Sequence record: MN159079.1
Direction: 5' to 3' (one strand)
DNA: 64,000 nucleotides
Of the stretch, positions 43,482 to 55,100 are shown one piece after another. The notes beneath the pieces are model-generated. The model saw only the letters and a program-made list of their open reading frames with translations. It was not told the DNA's origin and did no database searches. Numbering within the stretch: position 1 is the first letter of the stretch; every line of letters starts with the position of its first letter. Position numbers and translations under genes: made by a program.

Positions 43482-46400
43482 TTAACCTAATCCAACGGTG
43501 TTCGGTCGACCACCTTTACCTTGGCTGGCCATCAGGTCGTTCAACCTACCAAGCTGACTGATGATCCCACTCAACAATTGCTGAGCTCCTTCATCACTGA
43601 CTGCTTGTGTTCCCGTGCCAGTCTGTTTGGGAGCTGGCTTGGGTGCCGGACCAACACTAGAAACAGTGGTGGGACCTGCTGGTTGACTTACTGGTGCCGG
43701 AGCACTCGGTTTGGGAGTCGGAGCCTGAACTGGTGCCGGACTCGGAACTGGGTTAGTAACAGCGGCGGTTGGTGCCGCACTAGGAGATACCGGCGGAGAC
43801 GCTGTCGCAGCTTTCTGTTGATTAACGCTGCTCTTATCCAAGAGCTCATCGAATTCCTGCTTATGAGTTTTCTTGGTAGAGGCGACTTTCTCTTCAGCAG
43901 CCTTGGGAACATTCTGATCGGCAGCGTTAGGAACATCCGCTATCTTATCTTCACCGCCAGAGGTTGGTGCAAAGTCGGAGGTCTTTGTCGGACCCGCTGC
44001 TTTGATTTGACCGTTCTGGAGTTTAGCAAGATATTCGGTATATGCCTTACGACGTTCGTCAGTAAAGGGAACAGAGTTACCACCGTTGATACCACGAACA
44101 GCACTATCGAAGTCACCAGTCGTCGCAATGGACTTGATCGCTTTATTACCCAGGAGGTAACGAACAGCGGAGTCTGCTACAACGTTAGGATCTTCAGATA
44201 CCAGTCGTGGGTTACTTACGACGTCTATCCCTGTCTCACGCTTGTACTTTTCGTAGTTGGCTTTACCAGTGAGCTGGAACAAACCACGACCACGATACAA
44301 CCAACCATCCTCAGGCTTCTCGTTACCGAGTGTGGGACCTTTGGGTGCTCTACCATACACATACATCGCACGTTGTTCTGGTGGCATTGCTGCTACCTTT
44401 TCCGCTGTAGCCATGTCTGGTATGTTCCTGAAATACTTCTTCAGGGTTGGTGCAGACCAGTTGGTGTTTTCTACCGTGGACTTGTAGTTGCCCGTTTCAA
44501 CCTTGGCAAGTGCCAGAGCGAGAGCAATCTGCTTGTTGTCTGTGATACCAGCACGGAGCAGACCTTGAAGGAGGAGTTGTTCACCCTGTTCCGGAGTCAT
44601 GGAGAGACCTTGGTCATCACCTGCCTTCAGAGTGGGATCCATTTCCCAACCTTCACTGAACCCACCACTATACTGACCACCGCTACCAGCACCTACTGTC
44701 CCTGGGGTAGTTCCCATTCCACCAGGAGGGAAAGCATTAGCAAAACCATTGCTTGCGTAGTTGTTTCCACCGAAAGTCCCACCTTGCTTACCGGCTTGCT
44801 CCCTGCGTTTCATACGCATGGCAGTCAGTTCTGCAATACGGGCCTGTTCAGCTTGTTTCCTGGCTTCGGACTTATCTTGGAGTTGCTCACCGATTGCTTT
44901 AGAAGCAGCCTCTTCCATTACTGGGTCACGCAACGCTGCTTTCATTGCATCGCTGTTAAGCGACTTAATGTAAGTATCAGCCCTATCGCTGTCGGTACCG
45001 GATTGAGCACCTTCGAACGGACTCGCTTTCACGTTCCAGACAGAAGTCTCTTCACCATCGACCATTACCATGATCTCTGACAGCACTTTAGCTATTTCGG
45101 CTTTGTTGCTATTAGAGAGCTGACGCCAACCTTGTTTCGGAGATGACCCACGTTGTTTGTAAACCAGTGCGTAATACTTCTGGAGTACAGGGAGAAAACG
45201 TGATTCGAACCAAGCCTTCCAGTTCGCCATCATCAGTTCTGTTTTGATCCTGAACATCGGCTTGAAGAGAGCCAGTACAGACTCCAGTGGGATTTCGAGT
45301 TTCCCCAGCCCATTGGAAAGAACCATGTTCTCTTCGCAATAACGTTCAAGTTTCAGAACTGCATCTACACGCCAGTTGATATTGGCATCGTTACCGTACA
45401 CGGCAAGACGAGCAAGCGTGAATGGTTCGATTTCTGTGTCTCCATCTTTGTGGAGGTCAGATATGTCGATGTCCTTGATTTCCGCTGTGACAGCGAAGGT
45501 TTTGTCGATGTGTTCTTGTGATCTGATTAACGACTCGTTACCGAACTTATTCTGGAACCAAGCGACAACCTTATTGTCCGATACTTCCGGATTCAGGTTG
45601 GCTTGACGTTGCTCATCATAAGTCCTCAGCTTGAGACCGTCTGCCTTCTTCTCGGCTGGATAAGCTTTACGAAGTTCATTCATCAAATCAGCGACTTCGC
45701 CAGTAGTAGCAATTCTTGACATCGTCCCAGTATCTTGGTCAATCGGGACGTCGATAGTGTAAGGATTGGTCGACATGTGGCCAACGGCTTCCTGTACACG
45801 CTCTGCGACAAGAACTACTTCATGGGTCTGACCGGCATCGTACTCTTGAAGATCGCCAAACCTTGCAGCGTTAGCCGCGGCAACGAAAGTCAAGAAGATG
45901 GGTTTGAACCGCGCTTGGAACCAAGTGTTGATATTGTCACGTGGAATCGGAGCCGAGTTCTCAACGAACTGTCTGAAGACTTCAGCGACCGCCTCAGGTT
46001 TACTGAAACCTGCCGACCCACTACCCACATTAACATGCGGGAGCAACATCATCTCGAGACGTTGTACACGTTCTGCTAAATCACTCCGCCATTCACGAAT
46101 ACCGTACATCGCGAAACGAAGACGTTTCTGAATGGAGTTGGCCAGCAGAGTTGTCCGGTAAGTGGTGCCGTTGTACTTGTACCCTTCCGAGTTAGCCATA
46201 TGCTGTTCGGCGTCACGACGGTCTGTGAACAACTGTCCATCATCGGTCCAGTATACGCCAGTGTTCTTGATGCCGTCAATCCAACTCTTGGGCATTACTG
46301 CTTCAAGAACCGTGGTCCCGATACCGATCTGAGGAATCCAGTTTGCAGCATCCTCTATCTGATCAGCAGTGGTCACTGGACGTTTCTGGTTGAACATGTT

Positions 46401-49400
46401 CTCTTCAGTAGGTGTGGAAGAACTGTCGTCACCTGTCAACAGGTTGTATGCTAGAGCACTACCACCAACCAGTGCGCCAACACGACCCATCCCTTTATTG
46501 AGTTTACCCCCTCGTCCACCAGGACCACCCATACCAAACAGTCCAGCGATACCACTACCGGCCATCTTGGCGATGGGGCCTAACAGACCACCCAACATCT
46601 TTATACCTCCGCTAAGAAGTTTAAAGATGGGAGAACCGATACCCAACACACCAGAGAACAACGCACTTCCAATCGTCCCTAAACGTTTCACACTGGCAGC
46701 CATGGAACCACCAACCATCCCGAGTAATGAACCCAGTGGGTTCTTGAAGAATCCGCCGATGGAACCCATCATGTCGTAGAGTTTGCCAAAGAGACCAGGT
46801 TTCTTACCCTTCTCTTCACCTTCCCCTTTCTTCTTACTCTTACCGGTGAGTGTATCACCAATATCGATGATTGCTTTCTGGACTCGATCAGATTGCGATG
46901 CTGCGGCCTGACGCGCTTTATCCTCAAGGGAGTTCTTACGCATCGCCGGACCACCAGCGTCATCAAGTTCTTCGTCCTCAATCTCCATGCCAAACTTTTG
47001 GGAAAGGAGTTTGTAGATACGATCAAGACGACGCTCAACCCCGTTCATGTTGGTACCGCGACCACGAACCGCAGAGACATGTGAGCTGGCTTGCTCGTTA
47101 GAACGCTCGAAACCAAGTTTACCCATCATGTTGGTAAAGAGTTGTTTACCCATACCGACAGCAGCACCAGCCATGTTAGAACCCATGGTTCCCACTTGTC
47201 TGATACGTTGGCCTGTACGAGTAACCAAACCTTCATCAAACTCGGCTTGGGAGATAAGTTCGTTACCTTCTTCATCGTAAACTGGACCAGAGATTTCGTT
47301 CCAACCCTTGACAGGTTTGAAAGTTCCGTTCTCATCTTTCCAGTATTCAACGTTCTTAAACCCTACTGCACGGAGACGAGGATTTTGGAGATCACCTTTC
47401 ACAAAGACGTCTTGTTGATAGATGATTTCTTTACCCATGTCGATACCGGCGCGGAGTTTACCGATTGGGTTCACAAAGTTGTAGGCATTGACAATCATCC
47501 CCTTAGCGGTTTCGATCCCACGAAGCACTACAGCGCGACCATCAGGACCGAAGATGCGACCACCCAGTTCACGAACTGTGATGATTGCTTTGGATACCAC
47601 GTCAATGACAGGACCTTTAATTTCACGGTACGTGTTAATAACACGTTTAGTGATCGCGTCAATGTACTCACCAGCTTTGAGCTTTGCTGACTTCAGAATG
47701 CTTTCACCGTTTTCATCTACGATGTCTTCATCATCAGAAGGTTCGTTCGCACTGACTTTTTCTTTACGGTCCTTGTTACCCCAGTACTGAACGAGACCGC
47801 CCAGAGCCAGACCACCCACCGCCATAGATGCAGCGGCAATAGGGTTAGATGCAAAGTTGGAGGCAATGCCACCAAGTACGCCACCCAACACTATCGGAGA
47901 GTTCTTGACCAGTAAGTCCATACCGCGACCGAACATACCTTCCGGGAACAGACCTTTGATCTTACTCATCAGACCTTCTTTAGCCTGCTCTTCTTGGCGT
48001 TCCTCATTGGCGTTCTTTGGAGCACCTGAGAACAACTTGCCTTTATTAGCAAGATCCAGAAGTGAAGAAAGGATTGTTTCCATCCGCTGATTACTTTCTG
48101 CAATCTTGGATGTGTTGGAAACGATCTCTCCTGTCTGGGTGTCCATGTATGCCGTATCCGGCTTACCGGACTTGGAAGACATGTTGCTGCTAGCCAACAC
48201 GTCCAGTTTCTCTGTCAGTGTGTTGAGAGAACTGGAGAGACCGGCGAAGGAGGCACCTTCAGTACGCTTTCCATCATTGGTCGGAGCAGGTCGATCAGGA
48301 ATGTGGAAACTGTTCCTGGTTTTCTTACCTTGAGTTTTGTCGCTGGGATTCATCCCTCTGAGCGCTGGGTTGTTAGGATCGTCCATGAACATGCCGATAC
48401 GTTCGTGGAATACTTCCATATCAACCTTGTCGATACCGTTCTCTGTATAGATCACACCAAGGTCACGAAGCAACTGTTCATTACCAGTGGCCCTGAGCAT
48501 GTCGATACGTTCAGCGATATTCGGAGCGAGGTCTTTCAGGTTGGTTGCAGCGGATCCTGCTTTATTGAGACGCTCTTGATACCTGGAGTTCCGCATCTCT
48601 GTCATCACTTGCATCCGCTCGAAACCTGTGGTCTCGTTGAAGCGAGCAATGTCTTGATCACGCAACCCAAAGTGACGACGTACCACCGCATGGATCTCGT
48701 CGAGCATCGGACCAGAGATACCAGGAATGTCCCCGATATAGTAGAACGGGTTAAAGTTCTTCTCTCGGTCAACGTCTCTTGCAATTACCTTAGCAAATGC
48801 TTTACGGGCTCCCTGGGACAACGTCTTCTTGGGATCCAGGTCATCAACGAACTCAAGAGCAGCAGTCGCATACCGATCGAATTCAGCGGCGGGCATCAGG
48901 TCGGCTTGAACAGCGATCTGTTTGTTGGTTTCGTTCTGGAACTGACCACGCATGTAGTTGTAAGTAACCAACTCGGCATTACTGTCACCAGTTCTGATCA
49001 TCTCCAACAGTTGGTTGGTACGAGAAATCAAACCAGGTATTACTTCATTCAGTGTGACGTTGTTACCCTGAGTCCAGATACCAGCATCGACCAAATCACG
49101 TGGGTTACGTTTCTTGAGAGTGTACTGTGTACCTTTAGCCTGGTTCATCTCAGACATAAACGAGTTCATTGCGGCTTTAGCGCGGTTACTCGCGGCGTTC
49201 TGAATTGTCCACCTGGCTTTACTCATGGGTTGTTTGTCGGGAGGAAGACTGGCAACGTAGTCTTCGTAATCAATGAACGGCATCTCGTCCATTGCTTGGT
49301 AGTCTTCAGCCATGAAGTTGATCAAGCCAACTCCGGCGTTAGACATGTACGAAGCTTTCGAACCTGTGTTGGAGAGTCGCCCCCATTGACGTCGCAATGC

Positions 49401-50543
49401 CTTTGCTTCAGCTGGGTTTTTCTTGGCAAGGCTTTCTAACATTCTTTTACCAGGACCTCGGGCAAAGAAGTTGGGGAGGTTACGGACAGCAGCACCCGCT
49501 AAGCCTCGACCAGCCATGTCTCCTAACATCCCAGCAGATACTGGCATGCCGTCAGACATCTCGAGCATGTCGGCGACCATTCCCAACACACTACTGGCGC
49601 TATCTGAAGCATCTTGCCTGGCTTCTTTACCAAAACGATCCCTGATGAGACCAGTCAGGCCGCCAACACGACGCCCTACTGTACTAAACAGGGAATCCCG
49701 CATGTACTGTTTGGAAGCGGTGAAGTTCGATGTCTTTTGGTAATCAGACATCATCGTCCCTTTCAGGATCTTCTTCAGTTCAGCAACCTGGGCGTGCATG
49801 CCCTTTTCCATGAACTTGTAGTACTTGACGTTAGCCACATAGCCTTTCGCCATCAAGTTCAATTTGGTCTGTTCGATTTTGAACTGTACGTTGCGCTGGT
49901 AATCGTTAAGATCACGAACACTGGTTTCGATATTGACAAGTTGGCGGTTACCGGCCATGACGGCAGAACTGATTTGACCACCAACGTTTGCAGACATTAC
50001 GTTGAGGGAGTTCGTCATTTCTGAGAACAACCCTTCTTGACGACTCATAACGCTGTCGAGCACCAAAGTCAAGTCATAATCAGACTCTTCTTCAATACCC
50101 TCCATGCTATTATAAGACCCATCACTCTTCTCCCAGTCAGAGAAATCTTTCTGGGAAAAGTCATCCATTTTGTTACGAAGGCCGCCAGGTAACTTCTCAC
50201 CGAAACGGTTGGAAAGCTGGCCGGCAATGCTTTGTAATGATCTGACCGATTCGTAGTTTTGCTCTTTGAGCTCTGTCTTGAGTTCATCGTAGCGTTCGAT
50301 GGCACGGTTGGTTCGGTCGAAAGCGTTACTGAAAGTGTTGGGTAAAATAGTGCGGAGTGATCTAGTGATCGCCGCACCTGACCCTACTGTTTCATTAACG
50401 AGTCCACCCAAGAACCCCGACGCCATACTTGACACGAATCCTTTACCTTTGAAAGGATCGATATCAAAATCTCCATCGAGATCGAAATCACCCGCAAACG
50501 GGTCATCCCAATCATCGAGACCGAGATCATCTTCATATGACAT
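43482..50543 (-). CDS. Tail tape-measure-like protein with a C-terminal GH19 lysozyme domain (phiKZ gp181 position)
   Basis: 2353 aa helical protein divergent from vRNAP beta'; GH19 motifs AKVETG...VEN, GN...DGW.YRGRGLFQLTGKANY, INGG; Pro/Ala-rich tail. Confidence 0.85.
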   Translation of the reverse strand: MSYEDDLGLDDWDDPFAGDFDLDGDFDIDPFKGKGFVSSMASGFLGGLVNETVGSGAAITRSLRTILPNTFSNAFDRTNRAIERYDELKTELKEQNYESVRSLQSIAGQLSNRFGEKLPGGLRNKMDDFSQKDFSDWEKSDGSYNSMEGIEEESDYDLTLVLDSVMSRQEGLFSEMTNSLNVMSANVGGQISSAVMAGNRQLVNIETSVRDLNDYQRNVQFKIEQTKLNLMAKGYVANVKYYKFMEKGMHAQVAELKKILKGTMMSDYQKTSNFTASKQYMRDSLFSTVGRRVGGLTGLIRDRFGKEARQDASDSASSVLGMVADMLEMSDGMPVSAGMLGDMAGRGLAGAAVRNLPNFFARGPGKRMLESLAKKNPAEAKALRRQWGRLSNTGSKASYMSNAGVGLINFMAEDYQAMDEMPFIDYEDYVASLPPDKQPMSKARWTIQNAASNRAKAAMNSFMSEMNQAKGTQYTLKKRNPRDLVDAGIWTQGNNVTLNEVIPGLISRTNQLLEMIRTGDSNAELVTYNYMRGQFQNETNKQIAVQADLMPAAEFDRYATAALEFVDDLDPKKTLSQGARKAFAKVIARDVDREKNFNPFYYIGDIPGISGPMLDEIHAVVRRHFGLRDQDIARFNETTGFERMQVMTEMRNSRYQERLNKAGSAATNLKDLAPNIAERIDMLRATGNEQLLRDLGVIYTENGIDKVDMEVFHERIGMFMDDPNNPALRGMNPSDKTQGKKTRNSFHIPDRPAPTNDGKRTEGASFAGLSSSLNTLTEKLDVLASSNMSSKSGKPDTAYMDTQTGEIVSNTSKIAESNQRMETILSSLLDLANKGKLFSGAPKNANEERQEEQAKEGLMSKIKGLFPEGMFGRGMDLLVKNSPIVLGGVLGGIASNFASNPIAAASMAVGGLALGGLVQYWGNKDRKEKVSANEPSDDEDIVDENGESILKSAKLKAGEYIDAITKRVINTYREIKGPVIDVVSKAIITVRELGGRIFGPDGRAVVLRGIETAKGMIVNAYNFVNPIGKLRAGIDMGKEIIYQQDVFVKGDLQNPRLRAVGFKNVEYWKDENGTFKPVKGWNEISGPVYDEEGNELISQAEFDEGLVTRTGQRIRQVGTMGSNMAGAAVGMGKQLFTNMMGKLGFERSNEQASSHVSAVRGRGTNMNGVERRLDRIYKLLSQKFGMEIEDEELDDAGGPAMRKNSLEDKARQAAASQSDRVQKAIIDIGDTLTGKSKKKGEGEEKGKKPGLFGKLYDMMGSIGGFFKNPLGSLLGMVGGSMAASVKRLGTIGSALFSGVLGIGSPIFKLLSGGIKMLGGLLGPIAKMAGSGIAGLFGMGGPGGRGGKLNKGMGRVGALVGGSALAYNLLTGDDSSSTPTEENMFNQKRPVTTADQIEDAANWIPQIGIGTTVLEAVMPKSWIDGIKNTGVYWTDDGQLFTDRRDAEQHMANSEGYKYNGTTYRTTLLANSIQKRLRFAMYGIREWRSDLAERVQRLEMMLLPHVNVGSGSAGFSKPEAVAEVFRQFVENSAPIPRDNINTWFQARFKPIFLTFVAAANAARFGDLQEYDAGQTHEVVLVAERVQEAVGHMSTNPYTIDVPIDQDTGTMSRIATTGEVADLMNELRKAYPAEKKADGLKLRTYDEQRQANLNPEVSDNKVVAWFQNKFGNESLIRSQEHIDKTFAVTAEIKDIDISDLHKDGDTEIEPFTLARLAVYGNDANINWRVDAVLKLERYCEENMVLSNGLGKLEIPLESVLALFKPMFRIKTELMMANWKAWFESRFLPVLQKYYALVYKQRGSSPKQGWRQLSNSNKAEIAKVLSEIMVMVDGEETSVWNVKASPFEGAQSGTDSDRADTYIKSLNSDAMKAALRDPVMEEAASKAIGEQLQDKSEARKQAEQARIAELTAMRMKRREQAGKQGGTFGGNNYASNGFANAFPPGGMGTTPGTVGAGSGGQYSGGFSEGWEMDPTLKAGDDQGLSMTPEQGEQLLLQGLLRAGITDNKQIALALALAKVETGNYKSTVENTNWSAPTLKKYFRNIPDMATAEKVAAMPPEQRAMYVYGRAPKGPTLGNEKPEDGWLYRGRGLFQLTGKANYEKYKRETGIDVVSNPRLVSEDPNVVADSAVRYLLGNKAIKSIATTGDFDSAVRGINGGNSVPFTDERRKAYTEYLAKLQNGQIKAAGPTKTSDFAPTSGGEDKIADVPNAADQNVPKAAEEKVASTKKTHKQEFDELLDKSSVNQQKAATASPPVSPSAAPTAAVTNPVPSPAPVQAPTPKPSAPAPVSQPAGPTTVSSVGPAPKPAPKQTGTGTQAVSDEGAQQLLSGIISQLGRLNDLMASQGKGGRPNTVGLG

Positions 50544-50569
50544 TTTAATACCCCTAAGGAAAAGTTTTA

Positions 50570-52189
50570 ATGAGTCGACAACCCACTAACTTTACGTTGC
50601 TTAATCCGAGGACCTTCCCTTGGCAAGCAATGGAACCGGTTACGACAGGCGACACTTTTGAGGGACAGACTACGAACCTTCACGAAGAAGGCTTGTACTC
50701 AACTCGCATCTTCGGACGTGTCGGTACTGATGACCGTGATAACACTGAATCCTACATCAACACCATCCTCCCCATTTTCAACCCCACCTTCTTTAAAGCA
50801 CTGATTCAACTCAAGGCTTTGTACGGTGAGATCTTCAAAGGCAAGGTATATGCCAAGTGGGATCCCGAGGAAAAGGATTTCATAAAATCCAACGTCCTTG
50901 AAGGTGATACTGGTTATGCCTTCTTTATGTCTCACTATGGTGAGTTAAGTCCGGCTAGTAACACCTCTTTCAAGCGGACACAGAAAATCCAAATGCTGGA
51001 ACGGCATCGCGACATTGCACTTCATAGTCGCATTCCTGTTATTCCAGCCGGTCTCCGTGATGTAGAGATCTCTCCTATCAACGGGCAAGTTACAGAGAAC
51101 GAGATCAACGATCTTTATCGTAAACTCTTGTTCCGTAGCAAATCACTGAACATCAAGAACCCTGATGAAACAGATCCTGTCTACGATAACATCCGTTGGG
51201 GACTCCAAGAGTCTCTTAACAATATCGATCAGTATTTGTTCGACCTTCAGGAAGGTAAACGTGGCTACATGCAACGTCGCATGTCTCGTCGTGCTGTACA
51301 TTCTGCAACACGTAACGTCATTACCTCTCGTAAGGTTTCCGTTGAGGACATGGATAACAACCATACCGGTGATCCTAACTCCACTATCATCGGGATGTAT
51401 CAAGCCCTGCTTGGTTACTCGCTCACCTGTCAACACGAGCTGTTGAACGGTTATCTCTCTGAGTGCTTCACTCCAGGGATGCCCACTGCTCGACTCATCG
51501 ATACTAAGACACTCGAAAGCATCTATATCGATGTTGACCCGAGTGTTGTGGATCGGTTCACTTCTGCTGACGGGATTGTTGGTCTGATCAACAAGTTCTC
51601 TGATCCGGAACTCCGTAACCGACCGATTAAGATCGAAGGGAAGTACCTGGCCCTGGTATATGATGACGGTAAGCGTGTTTGCTTACTCCATGATGTTAAC
51701 GATCTTCCTGAGTCCATGCCCAAGAAGTTCGTCCGTCCGGTAACTTATATTCAGTTCTTCTACATGCAGTGTGTAAAAGCAATTGAACGTAAAATGTTAC
51801 AAGTTACTCGGTACCCAATTACAGGGATAGGCTCCATCTTCCCGAGTCGTGTTTTCGTTCTTCCTACCAACGCTACTTCTGAAGAGCGTCAATTGGTAGA
51901 CTTGGATGGAACCGTCATCGGTGGATATCATTTCTTCCCGTATTGGACAGAACAGCCCAGTTACTTTGATGGGATGTCCATCAGCAACATACGACTTGGT
52001 CTGGCCGGTGGTGACTTTGACGGTGACCAACTTTCGGCTAACTCCATTCAGGCTGCTGACTCCATCAAGGAAATCGAAGATATGTTTGATAAACGTATTT
52101 TCTATATTTCCGGTGCTGGTGAGTTCCTTTACGACCCGGTTCAAGAACCGCACGAGTTTCTCCTTCGTGCATTAACTAATGGACTCTAA
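50570..52189 (+). CDS. Virion RNA polymerase beta' subunit, catalytic part (phiKZ gp180-like)
   Basis: GLYSTRIFG, IPVIPAGLRD, GKRGYMQ, catalytic GGDFDGD. Confidence 0.92.
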   Translation: MSRQPTNFTLLNPRTFPWQAMEPVTTGDTFEGQTTNLHEEGLYSTRIFGRVGTDDRDNTESYINTILPIFNPTFFKALIQLKALYGEIFKGKVYAKWDPEEKDFIKSNVLEGDTGYAFFMSHYGELSPASNTSFKRTQKIQMLERHRDIALHSRIPVIPAGLRDVEISPINGQVTENEINDLYRKLLFRSKSLNIKNPDETDPVYDNIRWGLQESLNNIDQYLFDLQEGKRGYMQRRMSRRAVHSATRNVITSRKVSVEDMDNNHTGDPNSTIIGMYQALLGYSLTCQHELLNGYLSECFTPGMPTARLIDTKTLESIYIDVDPSVVDRFTSADGIVGLINKFSDPELRNRPIKIEGKYLALVYDDGKRVCLLHDVNDLPESMPKKFVRPVTYIQFFYMQCVKAIERKMLQVTRYPITGIGSIFPSRVFVLPTNATSEERQLVDLDGTVIGGYHFFPYWTEQPSYFDGMSISNIRLGLAGGDFDGDQLSANSIQAADSIKEIEDMFDKRIFYISGAGEFLYDPVQEPHEFLLRALTNGL

Positions 52190-52191
52190 CA

Positions 52192-55100
52192 ATGACAGAA
52201 ACCCAACTCGCGTTACTCGGTCTTGCCGGTAACGAGGCGATTGAGTACAACCAGTTTGTTAAACTCTTCGCCACGAGAGAACGGGCCAGTGATGTCGTCA
52301 ATCCCCGATACCAGTCTATCGGGGATGTGATGCTTCCACGAAGCTCTGTGTTCCATTATCAGCCTAAAGGGTTGAAAGAGATGGGACCGAGCAATACCGC
52401 TCCGTTCATCTCTAACTATGATCGCCAGATCAACATGTTCTTTAACCCCAACTACGTTCATGACCGTGGTGCCATCAAAATGGTTCCGCTTCAAATGAGC
52501 AAGTTGGAGAAAAGCTATTTGGCTGGTCACTACAACTATCGTCGCACCCGTCAGATCTCTGCGGTTGCCAGCAAACCTGGCGAACTGCTCATTGATAACA
52601 TGGCACCTGGTCGACTCCCGGTTGTTTACCGGCGCATCACCATTCAAACTGGTTTCGACCAGGCTTACAACGAACTTGCCACGTTGATGGCTAACGTTGG
52701 TCAGTTCAGTAGCTACAATCTGAACCAATTTGCCGAGTTCCCACTTCCCCGTGCTTTCCCCAGTTACAAGTTGCTGGAGTTCAAGTTCGAGAAGTACATG
52801 AAGCACTTCTTTAAGCGTTCCAAGGATGGCGAGAGTCTCGTTATGGAAGGCTGGGATAAAGAAACTCTGAAAGAGTTCCAAGCGGAATCTTCTTTCTGGC
52901 TTCTTGATCTTTATGGAATGATCATGGGTCATGGTTATGAACAGTACTCACTGTTCAACCGTCTGAACGAGAAAGCTCGTTCTCAGTTCAACATGATTTT
53001 CACTTACAACGGTCGTTGCTGGATTGTTAATCTTCAGACCCTGATCAACCTGATCGGTTATGACGATAAACCGAGTGATAAGAAACCGTCCGCGATCAAG
53101 ATTGCGTACTTCAAGCGTTTCTACCTGTCACTGATTTCTCTGGTAACACCGATTACTCAAGAGACACCAGAGGTCAGTAACGATGAGCACGTTGTGGAAG
53201 AAGATGCTGAAAGCGAACCAGCGTCTGTCGGAGATCAAGGGAAGAACACCAATGTGGACAATCGTTCTGGTGGGGGTTCTCTTGACGACCTTTATAAGAA
53301 GCCTGTGGACGCTAAGTCTGTGGGTAAAGGACAGCCAAGCGATGTCGAACCAACTCCAGTTGGAAGTCAGGACGGAGGCAATAACAAGGAGTCGGAAGGG
53401 GCCGGATCAAACAGCGATGGAGCTGGAGATGCGACTGACGGAACAGAGTGGGGGACTGACATCCCAGATGAAGTATTCGAACGAGCTACTGTTGAACAAG
53501 CAGAAGTAGTTGCCGCTGACTCCAGCTATGGACCAACAGTTACTGCTGACCGCATTCTTCAACGTCTTGCACGTCAGGGTCAGCTGACCACTAAAGAACT
53601 CAAGTACTACACCGACATCTCTCGTAGTTATAAAGACATCGAGTTCGGTGGTCGTACCTTGGAAGAGATCGTTGACATCAAATATAGCGATCTCGAGTTG
53701 AAGCCTGAGAAGATTGGTACAGACTCTGTATTGGTCGCCGATAAATCTGTTCAGCAGTCCAGGACTCAACAGTTTGTTAATGGCTACACCAAGGAATATC
53801 TGGAACGTGACATTATCAACATGATCCTGGGTGTTCAGAACGGTGGTACCGCACTGGTTGATTTCGATCGTGAAACAACTATCACCGCCGAATCCAAGTA
53901 CGACGTGTACAAGCTTCGCCTCCAACCCGTTGAAGGTGGTGCGCTGACCACTCGGCCATTCCGTATTCCCAAGGTTGATGATGACGGCACTCTGTTCATG
54001 GGTGGGGTAAAGATCTATTGCCAGAATCTCCGTGTAGATATTCCGGTAAGAAAGATTTCTCCGACCAAGGTCAGTCTCTCTTCTTATTACGATAAGAAGA
54101 TCATGATCGAACGCAGTCCGTACAAGGTCAATGACTTTGCTGCGTGGTTGAAGGCCGCTATCCTGAACAAGAGTCGTGTGGATAAATCCCTCGTCGTCAC
54201 TCTGGGTGGTCAGAAAGCAGATCAGAAAGAAGTGTGTTGGTACTACTCTGTACTCGCCAGCCGGTTCAAGGAAATTCAGTTCGGAAACTACCATTTCAAG
54301 TTTGACACCAAATCTTTGATTGGTGATAACAAGGCGTGGGGGAAACTCTGTAACGCTGAAACCTGGGTGATAGGGGTAGAAGGTGATAAACCTGTTCTGA
54401 TCGACAGCTCTGGTTTGATTTCTGTGGAAGGTGAAGAGCGTGGGTACATTGAGGAAATCCTCGGTCTGGAAATCTTCAAAGCGCCGATACCGAACTGTAC
54501 TGTAAACATCAACGGGTTCATGTTCCCGATCATTGCAGTGCTTTCGTATTGGGTTGGGTTCTCAGAGGTGATGAAACGCCTCAAACCTGTTTACCGGAGT
54601 ATCGAACCTGGTGTCCGTCCTCAGCTTAGTGCTGATGAATACATGGTACAACTCGCCGATGAACGACTCGTGTTCAACCGTCGTGATGAGTTCGCCACGC
54701 TGATCTTCTCCGGTCTCGAAAACATGCCGGGTACCAAGAACTTCGCTCGTTCACAACTTGACGATCCGAACGTGTGGTTCTCCATCATCAGTAACGATAA
54801 AGTTAAACCTTCTCACTTTAGCGAAATGGGCTTGATCTACGATATGTTTATCGACCCCATCACAGCTCGTGAGTTGGAACGTCGCAAATATCCGCTGGTG
54901 ATGGACCAGTTGCTGATGGCAGCGGCTAAACTGTTGTTGAGTAACGAAGCTTCTCACGAAGTAGAAATCACCGAACAGCGATTTGTCGGTACCGAACGTA
55001 TTCCAGGTCATGTTTACCGGGAGTTCGTGAAGTCTACCCGACAGATGCGTAACAAGCCAGGTAAGAAGAAGACATTCGATCTGAACCCCGAAACAATCAT

